The position numbers and the translations under genes are program-made. Of a DNA stretch of 64,000 nt, positions 26,907 through 37,761 are shown one piece after another. Positions within the stretch are counted from its first letter, which is position 1. The number at the start of each line of letters is the position of its first letter. Source of the DNA: Flavobacteriaceae bacterium. GTDB taxonomy: Bacteria; Bacteroidota; Bacteroidia; Flavobacteriales; Flavobacteriaceae. Below the pieces are notes generated by a model, which made no database searches, was not told where the DNA came from, and saw only the letters and a list, made by a program, of their open reading frames with translations. Where the stretch lies: positions 10,599 to 74,598 of the forward strand of contig CANGCT010000001.1 in assembly GCA_947452415.1 (NCBI GenBank), written 5' to 3'.

Positions 26907-29900
26907 TTATAGGATAACAAGTTTTTCAAATTTTTCCGCCTTATTATTAGAAATTGTTGACTTGACGGTAAGTTTGTAAATATAGACACCCTTTCCTATT
27001 TTATCTCCAAAATCATCTTTGCCATCCCAGGTGATTTCTCTAGACAAAAAACCCTCGGTAGTAACAATTTGATTAATCGTTTTTACAATTTTACCCGTAA
27101 TGGTCATAACTTGCACTTGCACTTCTAAAGGTTCATAAGGCTTGTTGTGACTGAACCAAAATTGCGTATAATTTACAAATGGATTTGGATAATTTAACAC
27201 ATTGGTCAAGGTAACGTCTTGACTATTGGCAACCACAAATTGAATTTCATTAGATACATAATTATTATAAACATCCCAAGCTTTAAAAATAATAGTATGC
27301 AATCCTGCAGCTAAATTCCGGAAAGGAAAGCGAATTTTGCCCTTTGTATAATTGTTAAGTTCGGTTTCGTAATAATCATTCAAAACGTAAGGTTTGGTTT
27401 CGTCGCCATCTAATATTGCCACAATATCATGCCCAATACCACTTGCAGTATTTATCCCATGTTCATCTTCTAGGAAGGCAAGAAAGTAGGGAGATTCATT
27501 CGTGATACCACCATTTACAAAAGTTTCATCATTCATGTATAATCGAATTCGTGGCGGTGTAACATCTGCAACAGCATTGGTATTTACCCCTCCTACTTTT
27601 ATATTTAAATTGTATCCTGTTTTATCTAAAAGCACTTGATTTCTTTTGGCATAAAAACTTACTCTACCATTTCCAAGCGGAATTTTAATATCTTTAGGAA
27701 CCACGAAACCTAGTTCGAACAAACCATTGGTTACTGAGGCGTTTCCTCTAAATATAGTTTCTCCTAAATTTGCAAACGAAATTGGCGGACTATTTCCATC
27801 GTTATTTAGTGTCATTTGAGAATAGTTTTTATCAAAAACATTAACAGAGAGGTCTCCGTTGTATGTTGTTACTACTGCACCATTTTCGTCTTGCACTTCT
27901 CCAGTGAATTTTACATAACCCAATGCTTTTAAATCGTCTACAGGCTGTGACATTGGAACGTCATTGATTTTGGTCAGCACTACATTTGGTTTTGGAATTG
28001 CTAAAAACAATGCAGGATCTCCAATATAAGAAGTAACTCTAACTGCAGACCCATCGGCATTACTAACACTTTTCGCTTGACGTAAAGCTTCAGCAATGGA
28101 AATACTTGGAGAATTACCAAAAGAAAATAGTTTTTCTGAAAGTGATGTATTAAAACCGAAGGCATAACTAATTTCTCTAGTTGTAGAAATTAAAGAAATT
28201 GCACCACCGGATGGATTCCAATAGGTATATTCTCCAGCAGTAGGTCGAAAAGGGTTGTCAAACCGAGTAAATTGACAAGTAATTGTAATAACCAAAGGGT
28301 ATTTATATTGGTTGTGAAAATTTGCACCATCCAATTTATCCCAAATTCGTTCTCCTGTTAAACCATCTTCACCTCCATGCCCTAGATAATTAAAAACAAG
28401 TGCGCCCTTTTCAAAATAATTGGTTAAATCTTCCTTAGCTTTAGGGTATCGAGCACCTCCAGCAGAAGTTTCTTGTTGGTAAGAATCTAATAGTATTTTC
28501 TTAAAATTAATGAAAGGTTTATTGGAATAAATAAGATCTGTTAATTCATTTTGAGCATCTTGCAAAACATAATCCCCATCTTTATCCGTATCGTCGGATA
28601 TTGCTACATAATTATTTCTCCAACTTCCGTAGGATTTAATATCATGGTATTCTATAACCTTATTTACCATTTGATCCGCTTGTTGTACAGAGGAAACTAA
28701 CATTCTGCCTATTGCAATATCGGGGGCGCCATAGTTACTATCAAGATTTCCTTCGGTGGCATCCATCTCAACAAAATAATCATCCGATGAAAAAGAAGTT
28801 GAAGTTTCATAATAACTATTTACCGCATGGTATATAGGAACAATATTAGTGTTATTGCGTATTCTTTCTTTAAAATCATAAGAAGCATCACCAAAAAGAT
28901 TTACATATTTCACTTTATTAGCAGTTGAGGAAGCATTTTGATATACATATTTAATAAAATTTCTAATTGCTCCAATATCTTGTTTTCCCCCACCAAATTC
29001 TGGATAAATAAGTTCTAAATTCACTACTTTAACATTCAATCCCGAATAATTTCTATGAAAATTAGCAAGTTTTTCCGCTTGACTATTTAAAAAACTTGGT
29101 GTAATAATCAAATAATCAATATCTTGAAAAACACCTTGTGGGTTTTTAAAAATAGTCCCTTTTAAATCTTGGTTTGCAACGGTAACATTAGAATCTTTGG
29201 ATGGAGTATATAAATCAGACAAATCAATAGCAATATATTTAGTAGCTTGACCTAAATTAGATTTAAACGAAAAACTACTTTGGCTAGAATTTATATAGGT
29301 GCCAACATTATATATATCGGTAATATCCCAAACTTGAGAAATTGCGGTAGCATTGGCAATTTGATATTGCGCAATTCCAGTAAGGGTACTAGCGGCATTG
29401 TAAGCAAAACGAAATTGTTTTCCGTAACCTGTTAAATTACTTTTTGCTTTTAATTTAATATAATCTAAATAGCCTTTGGATGTTGGAACTCCATTATTAT
29501 TATAGGTGAGTTTTACACTAATATTTGCAACAGCAGGGATAGTAGTATTTGCAGGCAAATTAGCTTCTGCTGCAACTTTTCCAGAATTTAAAGCAACATC
29601 AACCATTGTTAAGGTTCCTAGATTCAATCCGTTGGCGGTTGCAGCAAATGAAGTAGAAACTACTGAAAGAGCACCAGTATGAAGCTCAATTCCAACCGGG
29701 ACCGTTGTATCAATATTTGGGAAAGAAAAATCAAAAGTCTGTTCACTTTTCAAACTAAAATCTTCACCAAACCAAGTTCTGCCTAATTTTCCAATATTAG
29801 TCAAATCTACTTCATGGAATTGATAGTCGTCAAAAGTGGTTATATTTAAAGTTGAAGTCCCTGTTGGTGGTGTGATGGTATTAATTCTTTTTCCATCGGC

Positions 29901-30740
29901 AGCACCAACCGTTATATAATAATAGGATTTGTCTGCATACAAATTCAAATTAGTGTTGTTTTCTTGACTCCAGTTGTCCATTCCTTCGCCATAAAATAAT
30001 ATATAATCCTCCTCATTAAAGATTCCATCTGATTCTCCAACCACTTGAATAGCATTTTCTGCTAAGTCATTAGGATAAGCTACACTATTAGAAAGTGGAA
30101 CCATTCTACCACCTGTTCCATAAATTTGAATTTTTTGTGGATTTATTCCACTTACATTAAACCCTAAATCGGATAAAAAGGTTTTAGAAATTTTATAAAC
30201 ACCTGATTTTTGAACATAAATACGCTTCCAAGTTCCAGATGCAAGTGCAGAATTTGTAATTGTAGCAACCGAATTGTTGGAGGTGATTTTAGAAGCATTT
30301 GTTTCTCTTGCAAAAGAATAAGTTAATGATTTCACTCTTTTATATCCAGATTCCTCTTTAATAATTGGGGAAAATGTTAAATAGCCAAAGTATTGATCTC
30401 TAGAAACTATAGTTTTAACAGAAGCAGTAATGGATTTTTTTATTTCAGATTGAGATAAGTTCCCTAGTTGAGTTTCAGAAACGGACTCGAAAACTACATT
30501 AGTAATTTGTAAAGAAGATTCATCAACGAAATAATCTGTTGGTATTTTTTTAATATAAAATAATGACTTATTTGCAAAGTCAAAATTAAAACTATCTGAA
30601 GAAAATTGAGGTATGTTTAATTTAACATCCCCAATAGAATAGGCTGTTTTTGCATCCCAATCCAAAGAAATGGTAGCACTTTGTTGTGCATTAACAAAGC
30701 AGCAAAATAGAACTATAATAAAGGTAAAAATCTTTTTCAT
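26907..30740 (-). CDS. porU: T9SS sortase PorU (peptidase C25 family)
   Basis: NYLGHGG and ITCQF catalytic His/Cys; NYPNPF CTD; adjacent to porV. Confidence 0.95.
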   Translation of the reverse strand: MKKIFTFIIVLFCCFVNAQQSATISLDWDAKTAYSIGDVKLNIPQFSSDSFNFDFANKSLFYIKKIPTDYFVDESSLQITNVVFESVSETQLGNLSQSEIKKSITASVKTIVSRDQYFGYLTFSPIIKEESGYKRVKSLTYSFARETNASKITSNNSVATITNSALASGTWKRIYVQKSGVYKISKTFLSDLGFNVSGINPQKIQIYGTGGRMVPLSNSVAYPNDLAENAIQVVGESDGIFNEEDYILFYGEGMDNWSQENNTNLNLYADKSYYYITVGAADGKRINTITPPTGTSTLNITTFDDYQFHEVDLTNIGKLGRTWFGEDFSLKSEQTFDFSFPNIDTTVPVGIELHTGALSVVSTSFAATANGLNLGTLTMVDVALNSGKVAAEANLPANTTIPAVANISVKLTYNNNGVPTSKGYLDYIKLKAKSNLTGYGKQFRFAYNAASTLTGIAQYQIANATAISQVWDITDIYNVGTYINSSQSSFSFKSNLGQATKYIAIDLSDLYTPSKDSNVTVANQDLKGTIFKNPQGVFQDIDYLIITPSFLNSQAEKLANFHRNYSGLNVKVVNLELIYPEFGGGKQDIGAIRNFIKYVYQNASSTANKVKYVNLFGDASYDFKERIRNNTNIVPIYHAVNSYYETSTSFSSDDYFVEMDATEGNLDSNYGAPDIAIGRMLVSSVQQADQMVNKVIEYHDIKSYGSWRNNYVAISDDTDKDGDYVLQDAQNELTDLIYSNKPFINFKKILLDSYQQETSAGGARYPKAKEDLTNYFEKGALVFNYLGHGGEDGLTGERIWDKLDGANFHNQYKYPLVITITCQFTRFDNPFRPTAGEYTYWNPSGGAISLISTTREISYAFGFNTSLSEKLFSFGNSPSISIAEALRQAKSVSNADGSAVRVTSYIGDPALFLAIPKPNVVLTKINDVPMSQPVDDLKALGYVKFTGEVQDENGAVVTTYNGDLSVNVFDKNYSQMTLNNDGNSPPISFANLGETIFRGNASVTNGLFELGFVVPKDIKIPLGNGRVSFYAKRNQVLLDKTGYNLNIKVGGVNTNAVADVTPPRIRLYMNDETFVNGGITNESPYFLAFLEDEHGINTASGIGHDIVAILDGDETKPYVLNDYYETELNNYTKGKIRFPFRNLAAGLHTIIFKAWDVYNNYVSNEIQFVVANSQDVTLTNVLNYPNPFVNYTQFWFSHNKPYEPLEVQVQVMTITGKIVKTINQIVTTEGFLSREITWDGKDDFGDKIGKGVYIYKLTVKSTISNNKAEKFEKLVIL

Positions 30741-30937
30741 TAAATAAAGAAACGTAAATATGCTTTATATATTACAACTTTGTAAAAATAAAATTTATTA
30801 TTAGTTTATACAATATAAAATAAAGGATAACGTTGTATATGTGTGTTTAAAATATTTTTTCTATTTTTTTAAAAAAAGCGTTGCAATTTCAAGGTTTATT
30901 CTTATATTGCGGCTCGAAATTTATTACCTCCTTAAGT

Positions 30938-32659
30938 ATGAAAGTAAACAAATTTATGGCATTTAGACTATTATTAGTTTTAGTAATAGCTTTTAGTTTT
31001 ACAAGTTGTAGCAAAAAATCAAGTTCCAATTCGGGTTCTAGAGCTACAGGCTGGAAAATCAACGACAAAAAAGGTGGATTTCAGTATGCTTCTAAGTTTC
31101 AGAAGCAAGAAACTGGACCAGGATTAGTTTTAGTAGAAGGCGGAACTTTTACCATGGGTAAAGTTCAAGACGACCCAATGCACGATTGGAACAACACTCC
31201 AAACCAACAACACGTTATGTCCTTTTACATGGATGAAACAGAAGTTACTAATTTAATGTACATGGAGTACTTGGATTGGTTAAAAAGAGTTTTTCCTCCA
31301 GAAGAAGAAAATTACAAAAATATTTATGAGGGTGCTTCTCCAGATACTTTAGTATGGAGAAACCGTTTAGGATATAACGAAACCATGACCGAAAACTATT
31401 TAAGACATCCTGCTTATGCAGAATACCCAGTAGTTGGAGTAAATTGGATTCAAGCAACCGAATTTAGTAAATGGAGAACAGATCGTGTAAATGAATCAGT
31501 ATTAGAAAGAGAAGGCTATTTGAAAAAAGATGCTAAAGTTTCAGACGTAAAAGCTGAAGCTACATTTAGTACAAATACCTATTTAGCTGCGCCATCAAAA
31601 ACTTTTGGTGGAGACGACAAAATAGTATTAAAAGGGCCAAGAAATTCAAAGGCCGCAGGTAAAGGAGGGACAAAAGGTGCTGATGGAACTACTAAAGAAG
31701 CTAAAAACGTTTACGCTCAAAGAACTTCAGGATTAATATTGCCAGAATATCGCTTGCCAACGGAAGCAGAATGGGAATATGCTGCAGCTTCAGATGTAGG
31801 TCAACGAGAATACAATACTTATAAAGGACAAAAGAAATATCCTTGGTCAGGAAGCTATACAAGAACTAGCAAAAGACAAATTAAAGGAGATCAATTGGCT
31901 AACTTTAAACAAGGTAAAGGAGATTATGGTGGAATTGCAGGATGGTCTGATGATAATGCAGATATTACCAATAAAGTTAAATCGTACCCTCCAAATGATT
32001 TTGGATTATATGACATGGCAGGAAATGTTTCTGAGTGGGTTGCTGATGTTTACCGTCCAATTGTAGATGATGAAGCAAATGATTTTAACTACTTTAGAGG
32101 TAATGAATACTTTAAAAACAAAATTGGGGAAGACGGAAAAGTTGAATTAATAACTCAAGAAACCCAAAAATTTGACACTTTATCTAACGGTAAAGTAATA
32201 GCCCGTAACTTTACTGGACAAATTGCTCAAGTTCCTGTGGATGATAAAGAAACTTATTTGAGACAAAACTTTGATAAAAGTAATGAGAAAAACTACAGAG
32301 ATGGTGATAAACAATCTACAAGATATTTTGATTTTGGAACTTCGGAAGAAGGAGATGGAAAATTAAAAGAAACTCAAAGAATGTACGATTCTCCAATTCA
32401 CAACGTATCTACAGATAGTATCGGTAATATGATTCGTAAATACGACCATTCTAATAACAGAACAACTTTAGTAAACGATCAAGTTAGAGTATATAAAGGA
32501 GGTTCCTGGAGAGACAGAGCTTATTGGTTAGATCCGGCTCAAAGAAGATATTTCCCACAAGATATGGCAACCGACTACATCGGATTTAGATGTGCAATGT
32601 CTAGAGTAGGTCCAAAATCAGATTTTAAAAAGTCTGCAAGAAATAAAGTAAGAAAGTAA
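30938..32659 (+). CDS. gldJ: Gliding motility lipoprotein GldJ
   Basis: Lipobox FTSC; SRATGW; FGE-sulfatase motifs RLPTEAEWEYAA, GLYDMAGNVSEW, KGGSW; divergent from porU. Confidence 0.95.
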   Translation: MKVNKFMAFRLLLVLVIAFSFTSCSKKSSSNSGSRATGWKINDKKGGFQYASKFQKQETGPGLVLVEGGTFTMGKVQDDPMHDWNNTPNQQHVMSFYMDETEVTNLMYMEYLDWLKRVFPPEEENYKNIYEGASPDTLVWRNRLGYNETMTENYLRHPAYAEYPVVGVNWIQATEFSKWRTDRVNESVLEREGYLKKDAKVSDVKAEATFSTNTYLAAPSKTFGGDDKIVLKGPRNSKAAGKGGTKGADGTTKEAKNVYAQRTSGLILPEYRLPTEAEWEYAAASDVGQREYNTYKGQKKYPWSGSYTRTSKRQIKGDQLANFKQGKGDYGGIAGWSDDNADITNKVKSYPPNDFGLYDMAGNVSEWVADVYRPIVDDEANDFNYFRGNEYFKNKIGEDGKVELITQETQKFDTLSNGKVIARNFTGQIAQVPVDDKETYLRQNFDKSNEKNYRDGDKQSTRYFDFGTSEEGDGKLKETQRMYDSPIHNVSTDSIGNMIRKYDHSNNRTTLVNDQVRVYKGGSWRDRAYWLDPAQRRYFPQDMATDYIGFRCAMSRVGPKSDFKKSARNKVRK

Positions 32660-32675
32660 TTTTACTTAATTATAG

Positions 32676-32701
32676 AAAAAGCCCTTTTATTAGGGCTTTT
32701 T
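32676..32701 (+). terminator. Intrinsic terminator after gldJ
   Basis: aaaaagccct-tttatt-agggcttttt. Confidence 0.8.
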
Positions 32702-32722
32702 GTTTTTTAAAGTATTTTAAAA

Positions 32723-34006
32723 ATGAGTATTCAAGAAATTCACAAGCTATTCCTTAACAGCACTTCGGTAGTTATAGACACTAGAAAAATAGTACTAAAC
32801 TCTTTTTTTGTAGCCCTAAAAGGAGAACGATTTGATGCAAATACTTTTGCAAAAGAAGCTTTAGAAAAAGGCGCATCTTATGTATTAATTGATAATAAGG
32901 ACTATTTTATAGATTCCCGAACTATTATTGTAGAAGATTGCTTAACTACTTTACAAGAATTAGCAAAATTTCATAGAAAATATTTAAATATTCCTATTAT
33001 TGCCTTAACAGGAAGTAATGGCAAGACAACTACCAAAGAATTAATTTTGGTAGTATTATCAAAAAAATATTGTACTACTGCTACGGTTGGAAATTTGAAT
33101 AATCATATTGGAGTTCCTTTAACCTTATTATCGTTCACTTCAAAAACTGAAATTGGAATAGTAGAAATGGGTGCCAATCATTTGAAAGAAATAGAATTTC
33201 TTTGCCAAATTGCCCAACCTGATTATGGTTATATAACCAATTTCGGGAAAGCTCACTTAGAAGGTTTTGGTGGAGTAGAAGGCGTAATAAAAGGTAAAAG
33301 CGAAATGTACCACTTTTTGAAATCCAACCACAAGAAAGTATTTGTAAATATAGATGATTCAATTCAAGCAGAAAAAACAAACGAAATAGAACGAATTACT
33401 TTTAGTCAAACAACTAAATTAGCAAACGTTACTATTGAAAATGTAGTGGCAAATCCGTTAGTGCAATTGCAATTTCACGGTTTAGAAGTTCATTCACAAT
33501 TAATAGGCTTGTACAATGCCAATAACATAAGTGCGGCGATAACCATTGGAACGTATTTTGAAGTATCCGAATTAAATATTAAAGATGCAATTGAAAGTTA
33601 TATTCCAGAAAATAATCGATCCCAATTATTGAACAAAACTTCCAATGAAATCATCTTGGATGCATATAATGCCAACCCGAGTAGCATGCTGGTAGCATTG
33701 GAAAACTTTTTGCAATTAGATAAAAATAACAAAGCAATTGTTATTGGGGATATGTTTGAACTTGGTGAGGAAAGCCTAGAAGAACATAAATCCATTATCA
33801 CTTATTTAAATTTAAATGACAATATTGAATGTTATTTTATTGGAAATGATTTTTATAACAACAAGATAGAAAATTCAAATTTTCATTTTTACAAAGACTT
33901 TGATTCTTTTACAGAATTTTTAAAAGAAACTCCTTTTCAGAATAAAACCATATTAATAAAAGGTTCTCGAGGCATGGCTTTAGAACGAACCTTAGAATAC
34001 TTGTAA
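32723..34006 (+). CDS. murF: UDP-MurNAc-tripeptide--D-Ala-D-Ala ligase
   Basis: TGSNGKTTTKE, NLNNHIGVP, DAYNANPSSM, GDMFELG, KGSRG. Confidence 0.97.
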   Translation: MSIQEIHKLFLNSTSVVIDTRKIVLNSFFVALKGERFDANTFAKEALEKGASYVLIDNKDYFIDSRTIIVEDCLTTLQELAKFHRKYLNIPIIALTGSNGKTTTKELILVVLSKKYCTTATVGNLNNHIGVPLTLLSFTSKTEIGIVEMGANHLKEIEFLCQIAQPDYGYITNFGKAHLEGFGGVEGVIKGKSEMYHFLKSNHKKVFVNIDDSIQAEKTNEIERITFSQTTKLANVTIENVVANPLVQLQFHGLEVHSQLIGLYNANNISAAITIGTYFEVSELNIKDAIESYIPENNRSQLLNKTSNEIILDAYNANPSSMLVALENFLQLDKNNKAIVIGDMFELGEESLEEHKSIITYLNLNDNIECYFIGNDFYNNKIENSNFHFYKDFDSFTEFLKETPFQNKTILIKGSRGMALERTLEYL

Positions 34007-34136
34007 AAAAATGCTCCAATTTCTGTTGGAGTTTTTTGTGGGTGCTATTTAATTATCTTCTAAATGTTAGATTTTCTAGAATTTTTTATTGAGGAAATGT
34101 CAAAAAAAAACTCCAATATTTCTATTGAAGTTTTTG

Positions 34137-34211
34137 TGGGCGATGAGGGGTTCGAACCCCCGACCCCCTCGGTGTAAACGAGGTGCTCTGAACCAGCTGA
34201 GCTAATCGCCC
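34137..34211 (-). tRNA. tRNA-Val(TAC), CCA not encoded
   Basis: GGGCGATTAGCTCAGCTGG...TTTACAC...GGTTCGAACCC...TCGCCCA. Confidence 0.97.
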
Positions 34212-34244
34212 GATAAGGTTTAATTATCAGTAAATAGATAAAAG

Positions 34245-34322
34245 TGGTGGGCGATGAGGGGTTCGAACCCCCGACCCCCTCGGTGTAAACGAGGTGCTCT
34301 GAACCAGCTGAGCTAATCGCCC
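34245..34322 (-). tRNA. tRNA-Val(TAC), CCA encoded
   Basis: Identical body plus CCA; -7 element TATATTTG at 34360-34367. Confidence 0.97.
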
Positions 34323-34396
34323 TTTTATCACGATTTAGAATTTCTTCCTAATCAGGCTGCAAATATAGGGCTTATTTTTAATTCACCAAACATTTT

Positions 34397-35617
34397 TTAT
34401 AAAACTTCTGCTACCACAAAGGTGCTTCCGCCAATGTAGATAAAGTCGTTTTTGCTTGCATTTTTCAATGCTTCTTGATAAGCATTTGAAACAGAAATAT
34501 ATACTTTTCCGTTGAGTTGAAAATCTTTAGCTTTTTGTTTCAAAATTTCGGCATCTAAACCTCGTGGTATATTCGGTTTACAGAAGTAATAATGTGCATC
34601 TTTTGGAAATAATGGTAATATTTCTTCTAAGTCTTTATCGTTTACTACCCCTAAAACGAAATGTAATTCTTCAAATTTTTCCTTTTGAATCTGATTTAAT
34701 ACAATTTTCAGTCCGTGAGAATTATGAGCAGTATCACAAATTACTTTTGGGTGCGTCTTTAATTGTTGCCATCTTCCTTGCAATCTGGTAGTATTAATTA
34801 CGTTTAAAAATCCATTTTTTATATTTTCTTCTGTGATTTTAAAATCACTTTGTATTTGCAAAACACGTATTGTTTGTATAGCTGTTTTTTTATTTGAAAT
34901 TTGATAATCTCCTAATAGAACCGAAGGATAATTTTCTTTTACAACATCAGATGCAAAAAATAGTTCCGAATTGTTTTCATTGGCTTTAGCCAAAAATACT
35001 TCTTTGGTTTCAGAAACATATTCCCCCACTACAACAGGAATATTATTTTTAATAATTCCAGCTTTTTCTGTGGCTATTGTTTGCAAAGTGTTTCCCAAAA
35101 ATTGGGTATGATCTTTCGCTATATTGGTAATGACGGAAACTAATGGGGTAATAATATTCGTAGCATCTAGTCTTCCTCCCATTCCTACTTCTATAATGTT
35201 GATTTCGGTTTTTTCTTTTGCAAAATAATCAAAAGCTAAACCAACAGTCATTTCAAAAAAGCTGAGTTTATTTAATTCAAAAAATGATTTATTTTTCGCT
35301 ACAAATTCACATACAAACGTTTCCGGAATTTCTTTTCCATTGATCTTAATTCGTTCTCGAAAGTCTTTTAAATGAGGGGAAGTATAAAGTCCTACTTTGT
35401 ATCCGGCTTCTTGTAAAACCGAGGCCAATAAATGTGATGTAGAACCTTTTCCATTAGTTCCAGCAACATGTATACACTTTAATTGTTTTTCAGGATGTTT
35501 TAAGTGTTGTACTAATAAAAGTGCATTAGTTAAATCTGCTTTATAAGCTGATGCACCTTGCAGTTGATAAACAGGTAATTGATTATAAAGCCAATGAATA
35601 GTCTCTTGATAGTTCAT
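34397..35617 (-). CDS. folC: Folylpolyglutamate synthase/dihydrofolate synthase
   Basis: HVAGTNGKGS, YTSPHL, EVGMGGRLDATN, DTAHN. Confidence 0.97.
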   Translation of the reverse strand: MNYQETIHWLYNQLPVYQLQGASAYKADLTNALLLVQHLKHPEKQLKCIHVAGTNGKGSTSHLLASVLQEAGYKVGLYTSPHLKDFRERIKINGKEIPETFVCEFVAKNKSFFELNKLSFFEMTVGLAFDYFAKEKTEINIIEVGMGGRLDATNIITPLVSVITNIAKDHTQFLGNTLQTIATEKAGIIKNNIPVVVGEYVSETKEVFLAKANENNSELFFASDVVKENYPSVLLGDYQISNKKTAIQTIRVLQIQSDFKITEENIKNGFLNVINTTRLQGRWQQLKTHPKVICDTAHNSHGLKIVLNQIQKEKFEELHFVLGVVNDKDLEEILPLFPKDAHYYFCKPNIPRGLDAEILKQKAKDFQLNGKVYISVSNAYQEALKNASKNDFIYIGGSTFVVAEVL

Positions 35618-35744
35618 TATTTTTGAAATAAAAAATTCTAAAACAAAATATTTTTCCAATTTTGTAGTTTACTATAGTATTAGAATTTATCTTTAGTGCA
35701 AATTTGAGATTATTTTTAATAACTAAATCAAAAATCAAAAATAT

Positions 35745-36455
35745 ATGATTAATTTTTTTCTACAAGTTCAAAATGACACTATTGCAAAAGCAACGGGAGC
35801 TGTAATTGAAGGCACAGTTAAAACGAATGAAATATCAGTATTGGGATTTATTTTAAAGGGAGGTTTTTTTCTTATTCCAATTTCGCTTTTATTGTTTTAT
35901 ACCTTTTATTTGATAATTGAACGTTATTTATATATTCATAAACGCGCCAAAATGGATCCTAATTTAATTAGAGACATTCGAGATAACTTAAACTCTGGCA
36001 ATTTAGATGGAGCGGTGTCAATTGCCGAAAGAAATGGTACCGCATCTGGCTATGTGCTTCGTGAAGGGATTTTAACTATTGGAAGACCTATTGCAGAAAT
36101 TGAATCTAATATGGAACGTGCTGCTAATATTGAAGTTGGCGAGATGGAACGCAAATTAGGACAATTAGGATTAATTGCGGGTATCGCTCCAACTTTTGGA
36201 TTTATTGGAACTATATCTGGAGTTATCAAGATTTTTTACAGTATTTCTCAAACCGAAGATATTAGTATTGGTAATATTTCTGGAGGTTTGTATGAAAAAA
36301 TGATTAGCTCTGGTGCAGGTTTGGTTGTAGGAATTGTTGCTTACTCGGCTTACCACTTATTTAACGGCAGAATAGATAGTTTTGCATTGAGCATTCAAAA
36401 ACAAGTGTTAGATTTTGTTAATATAATTCAACGTCCAAATGGTAAAACGAAATAA
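35745..36455 (+). CDS. exbB: MotA/TolQ/ExbB proton-channel protein
   Basis: APTFGFIGTISG, ISGGLYEKMISSGAGL; three TM segments. Confidence 0.9.
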   Translation: MINFFLQVQNDTIAKATGAVIEGTVKTNEISVLGFILKGGFFLIPISLLLFYTFYLIIERYLYIHKRAKMDPNLIRDIRDNLNSGNLDGAVSIAERNGTASGYVLREGILTIGRPIAEIESNMERAANIEVGEMERKLGQLGLIAGIAPTFGFIGTISGVIKIFYSISQTEDISIGNISGGLYEKMISSGAGLVVGIVAYSAYHLFNGRIDSFALSIQKQVLDFVNIIQRPNGKTK

Positions 36456-36834
36456 ACGATTTCATGCCGAAGTAGCAACTTCGTCTTTGAGTGATATAAT
36501 GTTTTTCTTGCTATTATTTTTCTTGATAATATCTACATTAGCAAATCCGAATGTGATTAAGATGACATTGCCAAAATCTAAAACAAACGAAAAGACCAAT
36601 AAGCAACTAATTAGTTTATCGGTAACTGAAGATAAACGTTTTTATTTAGATAAAGAGGAAGTTGCTTTTGATCAATTGGAAACTACTTTATTGTCTAAAA
36701 TGGGATCTGCCAAAGATCAAACTGTTGTTGTACGAATTCCTTTCAATCTTCAAGTGCAAGATTTAGTAGATGTCTTGCAAATAGGGGTAAAAAACAAATT
36801 AAAGTTTGTTATTGCTACTAATAACTCAAAGTAA
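36439..36834 (+). CDS. exbD: ExbD/TolR
   Basis: SSLSDIMFFLLLFFLI with the conserved TM Asp. Confidence 0.9.
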   Translation: MVKRNKRFHAEVATSSLSDIMFFLLLFFLIISTLANPNVIKMTLPKSKTNEKTNKQLISLSVTEDKRFYLDKEEVAFDQLETTLLSKMGSAKDQTVVVRIPFNLQVQDLVDVLQIGVKNKLKFVIATNNSK

Positions 36835-36868
36835 TTAAACTGTAAGATTTAACTTATAAACTATAGAT

Positions 36869-36899
36869 ACATCCCGAAAGACCTCGGGATGTTTTTTTT
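36869..36899 (+). terminator. Intrinsic terminator after exbD
   Basis: acatcccga-aagacc-tcgggatgt followed by a T run. Confidence 0.85.
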
Positions 36900-36940
36900 G
36901 GTTGGTGGCTAGTTAAAATATATAGTTCTTATGGAAATGT

Positions 36941-37041
36941 TGCGTGAGGGATGGAAGCGGTATCCTTTTCTTTTATTGCGTAGGCACGAAGCAATAAAAG
37001 AAAAGATAAAGCGTACAGCCCGACCCGAAGGGGCACGCCCA
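36941..37041 (+). repeat. Flavo-1-like structured element
   Basis: TGCGTGAGGGATGGAAGCGGTATCCTTTTC...hairpin...GAAAAGATAAAGCGTACAGCCCGACC. Confidence 0.65.
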
Positions 37042-37208
37042 AATAATGAAAACTAAAAATAAGTTTATTTTATAGCAGTTAAAATGGATCTATAAATTTA
37101 GACATCAAACAAATAATTAACAATGATATAATAATTGGTATTTAAAAATTATATAGATTTGTAGGAAAGAATAGTTTTTTTTGAATACTATTATTAAAGG
37201 AGTTTTAG

Positions 37209-37460
37209 ATGGATTTGAAAATTTATAAGAATATTAAAAAAATTAGAGAATTAAAAAACATTACTAGAGAATACATTGCAGGCGAATTAGGAATGAGTAC
37301 AAGCGGATATGGTAAAATTGAGCGAGGTGAGGTGGATTTAACTGTTACTAAAATTATTAGAATAGCAGCTATTTTAAACGTGTCTGTAAGTTTTATTTTT
37401 AATTTTGATGTAAATCAAATTTTTGAAGAAAGTAAAAAGTCTAAACCACAAAAAAACTAA
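37209..37460 (+). CDS. XRE/Cro-type HTH regulator
   Basis: IKKIRELKNITREYIAGELGMSTSGYGKIERG; TAGATTTG at 37154-37161. Confidence 0.9.
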   Translation: MDLKIYKNIKKIRELKNITREYIAGELGMSTSGYGKIERGEVDLTVTKIIRIAAILNVSVSFIFNFDVNQIFEESKKSKPQKN

Positions 37461-37555
37461 ACTTTTTATTTTATTAAAAACTAATAGTTAAAGCTATTCG
37501 TTTAAATTTATATTAATTGCAAGATTTTTTCGTTTTTTTCAAACTATTAACAAAA

Positions 37556-37741
37556 ATGATAAATAAAAGGATTAAAGAAATTAGAGAAAGCAACAATTTA
37601 ACCAAGGAATTTATTGCAATTCAATTGGAAATTAGCTTAAAAAAATACGATGAAATAGAAAAAGGCAAAGTAGATATAAAAATGTCTAAGTTGAGCCGCT
37701 TAAGTGAAATTTTGGATGTTCCTAAAAGTGAATTCTTTTAG
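37556..37741 (+). CDS. XRE/Cro-type HTH regulator, paralog of the upstream gene
   Basis: IKEIRESNNLTKEFIAIQLEISLKKYDEIEKG. Confidence 0.85.
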   Translation: MINKRIKEIRESNNLTKEFIAIQLEISLKKYDEIEKGKVDIKMSKLSRLSEILDVPKSEFF

Positions 37742-37761
37742 ACTTATTTACTACTCAATTT

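Noticed and set aside
25625-32659. porV-porU/gldJ cluster as a novel system
   Set aside because: Known conserved T9SS/gliding arrangement in Flavobacteriia.
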